From NCBI GenBank assembly GCA_043228905.1, contig JBHGNT010000020.1:9734001-9798000 (forward strand): a stretch of DNA of 64,000 bases, written 5' to 3'. Positions 38,701 to 51,697 of this stretch are shown here, one piece after another. The first letter of the stretch is position 1. Each line of letters starts with the position of its first letter. The notes beneath the pieces were generated by a model, which saw only the letters and a program-made list of their open reading frames with translations, had not been told where the DNA came from and made no database searches. The stretch is from Azolla caroliniana (lineage: Eukaryota > Plantae > Polypodiophyta). The position numbers and the translations under genes were made by a program.

Positions 38701-41700
38701 AATTAAAAAAATGGTTTTGCATGCTAAGATGGATTTTAACTCACTCATAAGTGTCATTACAGCTTCATTGGGTCAAGTTTACAAAGGACGCTTAAAGGAA
38801 ACTGGAGACTTAGTAGCTGTGAAAGTTCAGCGGCCGTATGTACTGGAAACAGTTACCATTGATCTATTCATAATTCGGAAACTGGGGATGGCGCTTCGGA
38901 GGTTCCCACAGGCAAGCAGTTCTTTTTCCTTTTCTTTATTATATGCTTGGAAGAACGGTGGATTGAGAACGAAGAAATGAATAGTGGATTCAGAATGAAG
39001 ATGCGTACTGCCTACTGAGAATGGTAATGTGTTGTCATTTGACAGATTGCCACAGATGTTGTGGGTCTTGTAGATGAATGGGCAGCAAGATTCTTTGAGG
39101 AGCTTGATTATGTCAATGAGGGGGAAAATGCTACACGATTTGCTGCATTGATCCAAGAAGATCTTCCTCAGGTTTGTTTGAAGTGCCAAAAAATTTATGG
39201 AACGACATAATTGTCTGAAAGAACAGTCTGTGTACAATTATATTTCTCATAAATCTTGCTAAGAAATAATAGACAAATATACCAAGTGCAAACTTGCAGT
39301 CCCCTGACTGCATTTAGTCAACCTTCTTTCAACCCATATCTGACATTTGGGGTTTTAGTCCATCAATCTTTGCATGATTGCCATATTTCAGAGGATATCT
39401 TCCTCAAATGTATCTTGAATGGATGAGAAGATCGTCAACATGCTATACTGACCAATGGAACCAGTTTAGTATGATGACTATAGGGCCACTCTCCGAGCTG
39501 TATGTTATATATTGTATTTTGGGTTTGTCTTTCTTGTTGCTGCTAACCAGCTTCTGTTCTATTCTAATATGTAATTAGCTGTATAGTTATTTGAATAATT
39601 GGGTTTCTTTCATAAAAAATCCGACGAACTTATATTTACATGAACAATTATATTGTGTTAGTTTTTATTCATATTTTTCAGGTGGTGGTTCCTAAAACAT
39701 ATTCTAAGTACACTTCAAGGCGTGTATTAACTACACAATGGATAGATGGAGAGAAGTTATCTCAGAGCACTGCTAGCGATGTGGGTGATCTTGTTAACGT
39801 TGGTGTGATTTGTTATCTCAAACAGGTGTCTAGATCTTCCTTCAGTTTAAACTTTTTCTTTTCTGTATATCATTTTCCATTTGCATTGAGATATGAGTGT
39901 GCTATATTGGTAGTATTGATGTTGTTTGGTTATTGGTTGGCAGTTGCTAGACACGGGGTTGTTTCATGCTGATCCACACCCAGGAAATCTCATTCGCACT
40001 CCAGATGGGAAACTTGCAATACTTGATTTCGGTATGATTTCTGCCAAAAGTTTATTATGGTTTTCTTCTTATCATTCAGATTTTAAAGTTTTGCACTGAA
40101 CTAATGTGTGCAGGTCTCATGACTCAAATCACGGACAATCAGAAGTATGGGATGATTGAGGCTATTTCCCATCTCATCCATAGAGACTATGATGCCATTG
40201 TCAAGGACTTTGTGATGCTGGATTTCATTCCTGAGGGAGTGAATCTGGACCCAATTATGCCAGTGCTAGCAAAGGTCTTTGATCAAGCACTCGAGGGTGG
40301 AGGCGCAAAAAATATCAATTTTCAAGAGCTTGCAGCAGATCTGGCACAAATAACTTTCGATTATCCTTTTCGAATCCCACCATATTTTGCATTAATCATT
40401 CGTGCAATTGGTGTATTGGAGGGCATTGCCTTAGTCGGCAACCCTGACTTTGCAATTGTTGATGAGGCATACCCTTACATAGCACAGGTTTTTTTCTTTC
40501 ATTTTTCCATGGCATTCACCAGTGACTTGCAATTCGTATTACCATTATTTCACATTATAAAGTAGGTTTGCAGTGGCCGTTCTTCATGTTCTTACATTCA
40601 ATGTGATTTATAGTATCACTTGAAGCACTGTGAAAAACCTTTTTCTTAAGATAATCATGTAGTTTCCTATCTAAGAGGTTCTTCTGGACAGATACATTTT
40701 GCATCTAAACCCTAAACTATAATTTCTTTTTCCCCTGACTGAAAACAGTAACTATAATGTCTGAACTTATTGCTCAATGTGTTGCAGAGACTTCTGACAG
40801 ACAGTTCTCCTCGACTCAGAGAAGCTTTGCGATACACGATATATGGCAAAACTGGTGTTTTCGATGTAGAACGATTTATCGATGTTATGGAGGCCTTTGA
40901 GTCATTTGTAAGTGCAGCAAAGAGTGGAGGAGGGGAGGATTTACAAGGCAGCATGGCCACTTTGGGACTAGTTGATGCAGGAAGCTCAAGGTTTTTGCCA
41001 CTTCCTCTCGAGATGCAACAAGAAAAGAAGGCTCAGAAAACTCAAACAAGGGCTGCATTAGGTTTTCTTTTATCTCAACAAGGCGAATTTTTCAGAGAGT
41101 TCATACTAGATGAGGTTTACTTCTGAAACTTTACTTTCTTTTTATTAGAAGATATGTATGCCATAACTTTAAGAGCTCCTTGTGTATTCATCCTCAGTGG
41201 GTTTTTCTTTATCTCAATCTATCCATATGATGAGATTTTCTTTCGGAACGAGAATATTAGTTTGTGAGGGATAAGAAGAGGGAGAGGCATTTATTGGAAG
41301 ACATGTATGCTTCATGTCTGAAAAGAGGTGCTTCATTATAGGATGAGCTTTTCTATTAGGTTTCTTAGAAAGAGAGATAAATTATATTGTCATCTTTGGA
41401 GGTCAAATATGACCTAGAGACCAAAAATATTACATTTAACGTGATACATGTGAAAGTGAGTGGGGACTCCCGATGTTCAAGAACTTCACCAATGAATGTT
41501 GTAACTGAGAGTGCACATTGTGATTGTGAAAGAAATTCGTGCAAGGATTGGGGTTGGTCGAAGATGTGTGGAAAGCATGGTTGAATATGATTTAAGGTAG
41601 AGTATTGTGTCAAAGTGTGATACTTAGACCCCCGAACTTGTTTTGGGCAAAGTGTCCATAGTTGACCATCTCATCACTTGTGCCCCAACTCCTTGTTTCA

Positions 41701-42844
41701 CATCACAATGCGTATGAGCTAGTTGCATGGAAGCAATGGTTAGGATGACAAGACACCGAGATGCGCTCGAACATTATCAATGTGTACGGTTTCCCCGTTC
41801 GGCGAAGAATATGGTTTTGTAGTTAGGTCCAACATATGTAGTATAATGTGTGAAGCGTGATAGATTGGCATCGCAAAAAGGCCTCTTTTGGGGAATTGAA
41901 AGGCTACTAATTAACAATGCTTCATGATAGTAAGAGGAGGTCCTTGCCATTTATCCTTGATTGTCTTCCTCTCCTCTCTACATATAGGGTAAGACTTTCT
42001 AATGGCGGGACATAAATTTTTAGAGAGAGACAGATTATGGAATATGAGCCATGGTCACAATATCGCTCACTGTAAATGCGTTCAGAATAGGCTGCATTTA
42101 AGGGTGCTTTCCTGACATTCTAATAGTTTTAATTCGATATCATACACACATTGTTTTGTGATTTGACACTGGACAGAACGGTTTTCTGCAGGTGGTGAAG
42201 GGTATAGATGCTGTATCTAGGGAGCAATTAACACAGTTGATTGTAACCTTTGGATTTGACAGAATGATACCTTCCCTGAGTTCTGTACCCGCATTCTCAT
42301 TTTTGCGACCTGCCTTCTTGCTTCCATCAATAACTGCTGAAGATCAGGTGGTGCTCAATAACACAAGAAGGGTTCTCTCTTTTCTCATAGAGGGCACACC
42401 AGCTGAAAAAACACAAGATCAGGTGATGATATATTATCTCATACCTTTGTTGAACTTTTACATGATTGTAACTTCAAAATGTGTACCCTTTCGAGTTTGT
42501 AAACTGATCAAAATGCTCATGAGTTTTAAAAAATTAGGCACTTAATGTTTTCAAAACCTACCAGACTATAGAGGGCTGAAAACTTACGGGTATTCTGGTG
42601 ACTATGGGATAAGTTAGGGGTCTGCTTTTGGTGGGTGTCCCTAAAATGTTTGTTCTGATTGCTAGTCTGCTGATATTAGATTTGTTGGATGTGTGAAAAA
42701 CAGGCTGGTAGCTTGAAGATTTTTGAGATATCACAAGAACTTTTGCCGTTGCTGCCAGCAATCACAGTGCAGATGGTGCCCGAAATTGCTAACCGTTTAG
42801 TATCAAGAGTTGTTGCTCGATTTTTGAGGGATGTGTTTCTGTAA
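35763..42844 (+). CDS. ABC1K6: ABC1/UbiB atypical protein kinase, ABC1K6-like (plastid/plastoglobule), about 821 aa. Exons: 35763-36074, 36837-36986, 37247-37420, 37549-37692, 38562-38667, 38763-38911, 39046-39171, 39682-39825, 39944-40031, 40114-40487, 40788-41114, 42192-42422, 42704-42844
   Basis: Exons join in frame (2466 nt). Motifs [40 protein letters not shown] and LDFG. The N-terminal [19 protein letters not shown] and C-terminal [13 protein letters not shown] match recalled Arabidopsis ABC1K6 (At3g24190). A 5' UTR exon is probably near 34330-34662. Confidence 0.93.
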
Positions 42845-44149
42845 TTACATTTTTCTATCCCTCACTAACATGTAACGCTATCCTATGTAAAAAAGAGAAG
42901 AGATTTGTCTGTAGCTATACAAGAACCTCTTTGTGTGCTGAGATAATTTCTGAAAAACTATTTTCCATTTATAGATCATGTAGAAACCCATGTATTCCTT
43001 CCATTGATAAATGTATATACACAGATTCTTGATATATTTATGCGAGCACTTGATGTTCCATATAAAATCATTTCTTGTATTCAATCACATATGGTACTTG
43101 AAAAAGTAGTACTATTTCGTATTTCCTGTCATGTAAATTTAGAGACAGCGATCAAGTGACAAATATTGTTGCCATGTATTTCATGAGTGAGAGCTGTATC
43201 AGACTAATGAAACTTGAGTTTTTGTGATTTAAAAACTCCTTTATTGCTGATCTGTACACTTAAAACATGACGTTTCCCTTCAACTGGCTCATCAATGCGT
43301 GAATAATTTGAGCTTAATCATGAGCAGATCGTCGATAGGACCTTGACAGACCAAAATATCAGAAAGCGTTCATTTCACAATGGTATGGATCCTTTTTAAG
43401 TATAATTATACCAGCTACGGTGATCATGCCTTCTGTTGAAAGTAATTCAAAGTTTAATGAAATATATGGGTATGCTATGGTCTGATTGCAGACTATGATA
43501 TCATTGAAAATAAAATATATTAAACTTAACTGACATAGGCAGTCAAACTAGAAGGCATGGCTTAAAACTTGTAATTCCAAAATGAGGCTTTAGATGTTTC
43601 CTCAACGGTCCCTCAATGAATGTGCGTGAATCTCCCCTAGAGAAAGAAAGAAAGAAATTTTAACGTCTTTTAGGAGGCCCATATGGCCTATAAGACCAAA
43701 CAAGAGATTACATCTTAAGTGTTGTCTTGTCTTTGAGAACAACAAATCAAAATAAAATAAATATTACTGAGTAAATATAAAAGTAAATAAATTAAAAAGA
43801 GACTAAAGAATCTGTTTTTTAGCACATGTAAGATTCTCAAGTTAGATATATCACTTGTCTTCGAAAGATCTCTAGCATAGGTCACTCCAAAATGGAGAGG
43901 TCTTCGAGGTGAGGGAAGCACCAACAATGGCGGGAGATAATGACCTTTATTTGTCGATGACAAGGGTGGTGAGGTAATGGTCCGTGGGGCCGAGGCCTAC
44001 GTGCACGAAAAATTGTTATTGCTCGATCTATTGTAACCCTTACGTCCTGTCAGGAGCCCATTTGTGTAGCCCTTGATTGACTTGTATCATTAGTAAGAGT
44101 GATGGGGCTAAAGAAAGTTGTGATTGGTCTTTGTGGATGAGCTTGTGTG

Positions 44150-44477
44150 GTTGTACTATTGTCCAACAACTTTTCCCTGTGTATCTTGAGTTCTTGCAAG
44201 AAAAGTTCTAGACACAGTTGGTCCTCATATTCTATTCTCGTGCATACTAGGCCAATGCCTTGTTTAAAGAGGCAATGGTATTCTCCCTCTTATATCTTAA
44301 AGACACTACAATGGCAAACATCGTGTTCTTCGGAATCCACTCCTTGATGACACAATTGGCAAATTCTTTCTTCTAGAGGTATTTGTATATATTTACCCAC
44401 CACAATCTCTGACTCATTTGATGAAGTTCACAACTGCCCAAGTTCGCAAGTGCCTTATCACACTGCCCAACGCATAT
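44150..44477 (-). mobile_element. LINE 3' remnant (C-terminal Cys/His motif)
   Basis: GQL*TSSNESEIVVGKY..IPLEERICQLCHQGVDSEEHDVCHC. Confidence 0.7.
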
Positions 44478-46641
44478 TGTTGAGAAGCAAGCTCAACATT
44501 GGCCAAATCGACTGAATAAGTCAAGAGCCGGATCAGATGAAGATCGATCGGCTAGGCCCGAATCATATCAGAGAGCCGGATCGGAGAGCTGGATCCGCGG
44601 GAAGCCCGCAAGCCATTAGAGGCCTACGCTCCTAATTTAGTAGGTAGTTATATTTTTGGGAGTTAGTGTCAGAGGCTCTTTCATGAGCATTGAAGTACTT
44701 GTCAGTCCTTTAAGGATTTGTATAAAAATGCTCCCTCAACACATTTGTATGTACCGAGCGCATAGTATTTTGAATTGAGTTTTAGTCTTCTACTCTCTCT
44801 GTCTCTCCCGCTTATTATATTTCTGTTTTCTTCTTTGTGTTTCTTTGTTGCTGTCCGGCTCAGCTAGTTGTGTTCTGTTTAGCTTCCGCGTGTAAATCTT
44901 TACATGGTATCAAAGCGTGGGGATTGAGAATCCTTTGTTGGTGACATGTGTTAAACACACGCAAACCCTAATCCCCGGACAAGAACAGACAAGAAGAAAA
45001 TGGACAGAGGAATGGGCGGTGTCCTTCTAATAAAGGAAGTGGGCAGAAGCCGCTACGCGTCGTGGGAGTACAAGATGGACCAGTACTTGCTCGGGCATGG
45101 CTACTAGAGTTATATCTGAGGAGAAAACGAAGTAGCACAAGTCGATGCACAAGGATTTCCGTTGTGGGAGCAGGCGACAAGTAGAGTCTTGTAGTGCCTT
45201 GCATCCTGTGTGCACGACCAGATGCTAGGCTACATTCAAGATGCAAAGACGCCGAAGGAGGCTTGGGACAATCTGAAGAAGATTTTCGCCGCGAGTACCA
45301 CGATCCATAAGTTGCAACTCCGTCAAGAGCTCAACAATATCTAACAAATGGATATGACGGTGACCGACTACACCACAAAGATCAAGGAAATCTTTGAAGC
45401 CTTGGGATCCATCAATGTGACGGTGGATGAGGACGAAATGGTATAGATTTGCCTCAATGGTCTAGTTCAAAGGTACGTCGACCCGATCCGGATGGCTATT
45501 TGCACAAGGGAGAAACCACCATCGTTTTTCGATTTGTAATCGATGCTTATGGTCGAAGAAAACCACGCGGGTGTGTCAAGGAGCATACAATCCGACATTC
45601 GGATATTGTACATGGAGGCAGATAGGCCCCGTAATCATGGAAAACGTGGTGGATCAGCACGCAATGGTGGCGGCAAACAAGAGCAGAACCAAAGGCATAA
45701 TCAACATGCCGACAACAGTTTCGAACCCTCAACGAGCAGGGGGAATCAAGATGGCACCAGAAACAGCAAGCAAAGGCCGCAATGGAATGCTAGTATTGTG
45801 GCCGAAAAGGCCATAGAGAAAGCAAGTGTTGGACGAAGAAGGCTGATTCGAACAAATCCGGATCGGGCAGAGCCGAATAAGGAAATCGGCAGCGGTTGCA
45901 TTACGCCGAAGGCTCAAGGCAAGCCGAAACAGGCCCAACCTTCGTAATCAAGCATAAGGCCACCTCGATGAAGTCGGGCACCTCAAAACCCAATGAAGTG
46001 TGGTATGTCGATTCCGGAGCATCAAACCACATTAAGAGCCACGAAGAGTGGTTCTCACATTTAGAGAAGCCGAAACAACCAGGGGTCGTCGAAACCGGCG
46101 ATGACACCTCACATCCCATCGAGCATGTCAGTGACATCCCCTTGAGCCATGTCTGCCAGAAAGGGAGACTAATGAACATCTTGCACATTCCGACAATGAC
46201 CAAGAATTTGGTGTCGGTCGGATAGATTGTTGACCAAGGGATGCAGGTCCGGTTCACCCATCTCAGGTGCTTTATCGAAGAAGAAGGGAAAATCATCGCG
46301 TAAGGACGACGAGAAGGGAGGATGTTCATCCTCGACACAAACAACAGCAACACCGCAAAAGGACAAAAACTTGAATAAGATATCAACTTATGGCATAAAC
46401 AGATCAGCCACGTCAACTTCCAACGGCTTAAGGAGTTGCAAATGAAACAAGTTGTGTTCGGTTTGCCAAAGTTCAGTGAGTGGAAAGCCCAAGTTTGTGA
46501 AGCCTGCCAACTAGGGAAACAACACCGGCTTCCTTTTCCCGACGAGTGAAATTGGAGTCACAATAAGCTCGACTTAATACATTCGGATGTATGGGGACCA
46601 ACATTGAATGTGAGCCTAGGCGGGAGTCTATATTTCGTCTC
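44478..46641 (+). mobile_element. Copia 5' portion: LTR 44478-44904, PBS 44905-44916, degenerate gag/PR/INT start
   Basis: TGTTGAGA...TTACA followed by TGGTATCAAAGC. WYVDSGASNH and HSDVWGP motifs. Confidence 0.9.
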
Positions 46642-48794
46642 TGTAAAGAATCGGATATGGATTCTTGTGAAGCGGAAGAGATATGAGTTATGTGTGTGTA
46701 TGAGAGAGAGAGTGAGAGAGACAAGGAATAAGACACAAAGAATACGCAAGGTAAGAGTATATTAACAAAGGAGAAAGACTCAATGTTATACAAGGTGGGA
46801 GGAGGGTGCTTTATGTAGTCACCCTCTCTCTTCATTAACTACAAGACTCATGGAGCATGGGAAATGTGAAAGCTCTCAAGTTATGTGTCATAGAATATGA
46901 TTCTATGACTCATACTAAATGCTAGAATATAAAGTGGTGACATAATGGTGACTCTTGACCGTTGGAGTGTCTCTTCACTCTCAAGGTGAGTTCACACACT
47001 AGACCAAGTTGAGCTTGATTCTCAACACGCCCCCTCAAGCTCAAGTCGGGTCGGTTTCAGACGGTATCCGAAATCCGCTTCAACTCGCGTTCCGGAGTCC
47101 GCGTCGACTCGCATCGACTCGCTTTATACGGAGTTGCGGAATCCGTGCTCCAGCTTGCATTTTGCGAAGTTTGTGTTTCGGCTTGCGTGCGTAGTTGCGA
47201 AGTCTGTGCTTACGGTTGCGGAATCTACGCGTTATTGCGTAGTGTCTTCAGTACTCCCCCTCAAGCTTGGCAGGTTAGGGATCGTCAATCCGAGATCGGT
47301 CATGAATTGCCATAGCTTGTCAGATCCTAAGACTTTAGTGAAGATGTCGGGCGTTTGAAGATTGGTGCTAATGTGTTGTAGGTCGAGATCGCCAACTAGA
47401 ACACGCTCTCGGATGAAGTGATAGTCCACTTCGATGTGCTTTGTCCACGTGTGGAACACCAGGTTCCGAGCCAAATCAATACTGCTCATGTTGTCGCAGT
47501 AAAGGGAAGTTGGATCCTTGATGGGTACGCCCAGATCCTTCAAAATCCTCTTGAGCCATACAGCTTCACACGCAGCTACGGCTGCGCCCCTGTATTCCGC
47601 CTCCGTACTCGAAAGAGTGACGGTAGGCTGCTTCTTGCTACTCTAGGATATTGCTCCGCTGCCGAAGGAGAAAACAAATCCGGAGGTTGATCTTCTATTA
47701 GCTTTGTAGCTAGCCCAATCGGCGTCTATGTACCCCTCGAGTCGTATTGGCACCGCGGGCTTGTAGAGGATGCCGCAATCCATTGTGCCGTTCACTTACC
47801 GTAGAACTCGCTTAGCGCAATCCAAGTGAGTATAACGTGGTGTTTGCATGAATTGACTAAGGAGACCGACCGAATAACTCAGATCGGGTTGAGTGATCGT
47901 GAGGCAGATGAGACTCCCGATGAGTTGCTGATACTGAGTCGGCTCACATGCTTTGGTGCCAGAGTTCGCATCGAGTTTGAGATTGCGATCGAGCGGGGTT
48001 GCCGCGGATTTGCACTCAGCCATACCGAACAAGTTGAGGATGTAGTGCCGTTGAGAAATCATGATTCCAGCCGGAGTCCGAATTACCTCGATGTCGAGGA
48101 AGTAGTGGAGCTCCTTCATGTCCGTCATCTCGAATTTGTCGGAAAGGAGGGATTTGACTTATTGATTTCGATGAGATGCTCACCTCCAATGACTAGGTCA
48201 TCCACATATAAGATGATAACGATCGGACCTGCGGAATTGCTTCGTATGTAGAGGGAGTTGTCCGATTTTGACATACAGAAGCAGATTTGATAAAGATATT
48301 GTGTTATCTTCGAATGCCATGCACACGTCGCTTGCTTGAGACCGTAGAGTGGCTTCTTGAGTCAGCACACAGCTTTCGGATGAATGCGTGATTCGAAGTC
48401 CGGTGGTTGTATCATGTACACTTCCTCTTCCAATTCGCCTTGTAGAAAGGCGTTCTTGACGTCCATTTGATGGAGGTGCCACCCTTTCGCCGCGGCAAGT
48501 GCAATTACGGTTCATACCGTCGTCATCTTTGCCATCGGGGCAAAGCTCTCTTCGTAGTCAACGTCGTGCGTTTGTGCGTAGCCTTTCGCTACTAGTCGCG
48601 CTTTGTAGCGGTTGACGGAACCATCGGCGTTGTACTTCACTTTGTAAATCCATCTGCATCCGATCGCCTTTTTTTGTGGTGAGGTGGGAACGAGATCCCA
48701 CGTCTCGTTCTTACGTAGTGCTTGCATCTCCTCGTTCATGGCTTCGATCCATCGCGGATCCTTGGCTGCTTCGGAAAATGTTTCCAGCTCGCGT
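46642..48794 (-). mobile_element. Copia 3' portion: RT/RH and 3' LTR 46642-47027
   Basis: LTR matches 56774-57185 in reverse. PPT at 47028-47039. [16 protein letters not shown] and KHIEV motifs. Confidence 0.9.
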
Positions 48795-51697
48795 TGTCGT
48801 GTTGCTACGCGCGTGCGTGGCGAAGGGCGGGACCACGGGGCTCTTGGACTAAGGAGTAGAGAGAAGGAATCGGACACGGAATGGAAGCTTTCCTCAAGAA
48901 GAGGAAGAATGAACAAGAGACTAGATCGAACAAGAGGAAGATGGAGACAAGATGTATTAAATCGAGATGAACGATTACAAACGGTGGCCGTGTAGGCCGC
49001 ACCAAACGACTACTCGAAAATTCTAGCCGACGAAGATGAAGATAAAGATGAAGAAACCCTAACCCTAACCCTAACGCTCGACCTATGTGGTATACCTCGC
49101 ACACTCAAAATAGGCAACCCCCACAATGGTGCCTTCCCTCTCCTTTTATAGCACAAGGAGGGAAGACCGTTTACAAAAACGAGACTAAAATATCCCCTTT
49201 CATTCAAAGGGGATATTTGCCTTGATTTGGGGAGGGTGAGATTGATGGCCCCTTTACTCCCACCTCCTCACAAACAACTAGGTACCTATGTACCGCATAG
49301 TACCTCTCTCTCTCTCTCGCGTGGATGTGCGCATAAGACTACATCGCCTTTATACCTTAGGGATCTTATGGGGCATTTCTAGCACCATACCCTTTTCCCC
49401 TATTATTATTACAAATACATTATGTACGTGTGCAACGTTGCACATCGCTCTTTGGCTCTCCTTGCTCGGGTTTCCGCTCGTGGACGAAAATCTTCACGAC
49501 ATCCGCCCCCACCTAACCGCACATCCACCGGTATGTGCCAAAACATAGGGGAGAGAACATGAGATTTTCGGCCACGATGACCGACCGAGTCCTTAGCGTC
49601 CTCGTGGGCCCGCCTGGTTTTGTCCTCCACTTCGAGCAAGACCACCCCGTCCACACGAACCGCCGCCGCCTTCCGGTCCACCATCCTCACCAAATGGTCT
49701 CGAACCGTCGCCGCCATCCGATCCGCCACACTCGACGATGTTCGCCGAGTCGTTGCCTCCACCCGATCCGCCACGTCCACTGTGGGTCCTTGAACCCCCG
49801 ACTACATCTGACCTGCCGTATCTGATGCCCGTGCTTTCCTCCCAGTTCGGTCCTCCCGAATGCCGTCGCCGACCTGGTTGCTCTTCCTTTGTGTGCCTCG
49901 TATATCCTCCGAACGCGCTCCCGGTCGCATGCCGGATTTCGCCCTTTGCGTGCCGCACACCTCGGCGTGCCGACTCTCTCTGCTCCACGCTTGCCTTCCG
50001 TAGGCTTTCCCCGTTGTTCGCCGTGCTCTCTCGCGGTAGACCGTGCCATCACCCCATCCTGCTTCGTGGCTCTCGTTACCGCTTCATCCCGTCTCTCGTC
50101 CTCTTGGCCCGCTTGGCCTCGCATGTCTTCCGGGACGCCGCGCTTCCGTAGCCCGTTGCTCCCCGCGCACCTCCTCCGGTTCTCAAGACATAGCCTTCCA
50201 TGCTCGCCGATCATCCTCGTGCTTGTCGTTCGGCCCTTACGCGGCCACATTGCATGTCTCGCACTCCGCTCCGCTCTGCGTACCCTTTCGAAAAGGTACG
50301 TTGCTTCCCCAACATCCGTGTCGGTGCTCTCGTCTTCGGTCTCCTCCGCAACCTCCGATGTTGCCACTTCGCCCCGAGGTACACCCTCTTGGTCCGCCTC
50401 GCATGTCCTCCGGATGCGCTCCGGATCTCTCCGGTCGCACTCCGGTTTCCGCCCTTTGCGTGCCGCTCCTTTCGTTATATTGTCTCCGCATGTCGAACAC
50501 CTCGGTGTGTCGACTCTTCCCGCTCCGCACTTGCCTTCTGTAGGCTCTTCCCATGTGTCGATGTTGTCCCTCGAATATGTGCTCATGGTTTGGCCCTTAG
50601 GCGGCCCCATTCCGCATTCCTTGCCTCTCCTTTGCCCGTCGTGCTCTCTCCCCGTAGAGCGTACTGTCATCCTGACCACCGTGTCGGTGTCCCTCGAGGC
50701 TCTTGTTATCGCCTCGCCTCGACTTGCGCCCTCTTGGCCCGCTTGGCCTTGCATGCCCTCCGGGAAGCATGCTGCGCTTCCTGTTCCTGGCGCGTAGCCC
50801 GTTGCTCTCCGCGCACCTTCTTCGGTTCTCAAGACATGACTCTCCGCTCATGCCGATCGCGCTCGGCCCATGTCGTCGGTCTTGGTGTTTCGCCGCGCCG
50901 TCCTTCGTCCCGCGCTAGCCTCTCGAAGGCTTCACCCGACCGTCATCGTCGGTCAATCTTTGTCGCCCATCCGCCGTATGCATGCTTGTGTCTTGGCCCT
51001 CCACTGGCCGTATTGCATGCGTCTCATGTCGCACTTCCGCTGTAGACCCGACCTCCGCGTCGGTCTCCAACTCCTCGCCACCACCCACCGTTTCTTCGTT
51101 CTCCTTTCTATCCGCGACCGCCGATGCCTCACGGGTAGGTGTGGAGGGTACCTCCCACTCTCAATCCACCACCGAGTCCTCGCCTCTCAAAGGCTCAATC
51201 GGTCCACCGTTTCCGGTCACTCGTTGATGCAAGCTCATTCTTGGGCCCTTCACCGGCCGTAATGCATGCTTCGTGTTACGCCCTTCATCTGCCGTAGACC
51301 TGACCTCCGCGTCGGCCACTTCTTCCTTTGTCACCGTAGCCCGTTCCGACCCGGGTTCGCCATCTTGGACCCGCTCGTCCATCATCTCATACCGGATACC
51401 CGGTCCAATAACTTTGTCCGCTTCGGCCGCCGACTCCTCGCCGCCACCCGCCGTCTCTCTAGTCTCACATTGATCCGCAACCGCCAAAGTCTCTAGAATG
51501 GGTGTGGAAGGTCCCTCTCGCTCTAGGTCTTCTAGCAAGCCGCGATCACCGTGCCCACTAGGCCTCCTCAATACACTCACCGGTTCTCGTCGCGTGTTGT
51601 GACCCGTCCTCCCCGATCTCCAATCATGCCGACTTAGCCTTCGCCCGGATCGGTCTCGGACGATCGAGTTCCGGTTTGGTCGGCTCCCTTCCGTAAT
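48795..51697 (-). mobile_element. Non-autonomous GC-rich derivative of the Trp-primed Gypsy family: 3' LTR 48795-49501 plus repetitive internal region
   Basis: LTR TGTCGTGAAGA...CGACA. PPT GGTTAGGTGGGGGCGGA identical to 54956-54972. No pol motifs upstream. Internal duplications. Confidence 0.8.

Noticed and set aside
41400-41900. LINE remnant in the long intron
   Set aside because: Only faint peptide resemblance (ETRSWG), which cannot be supported without a search.
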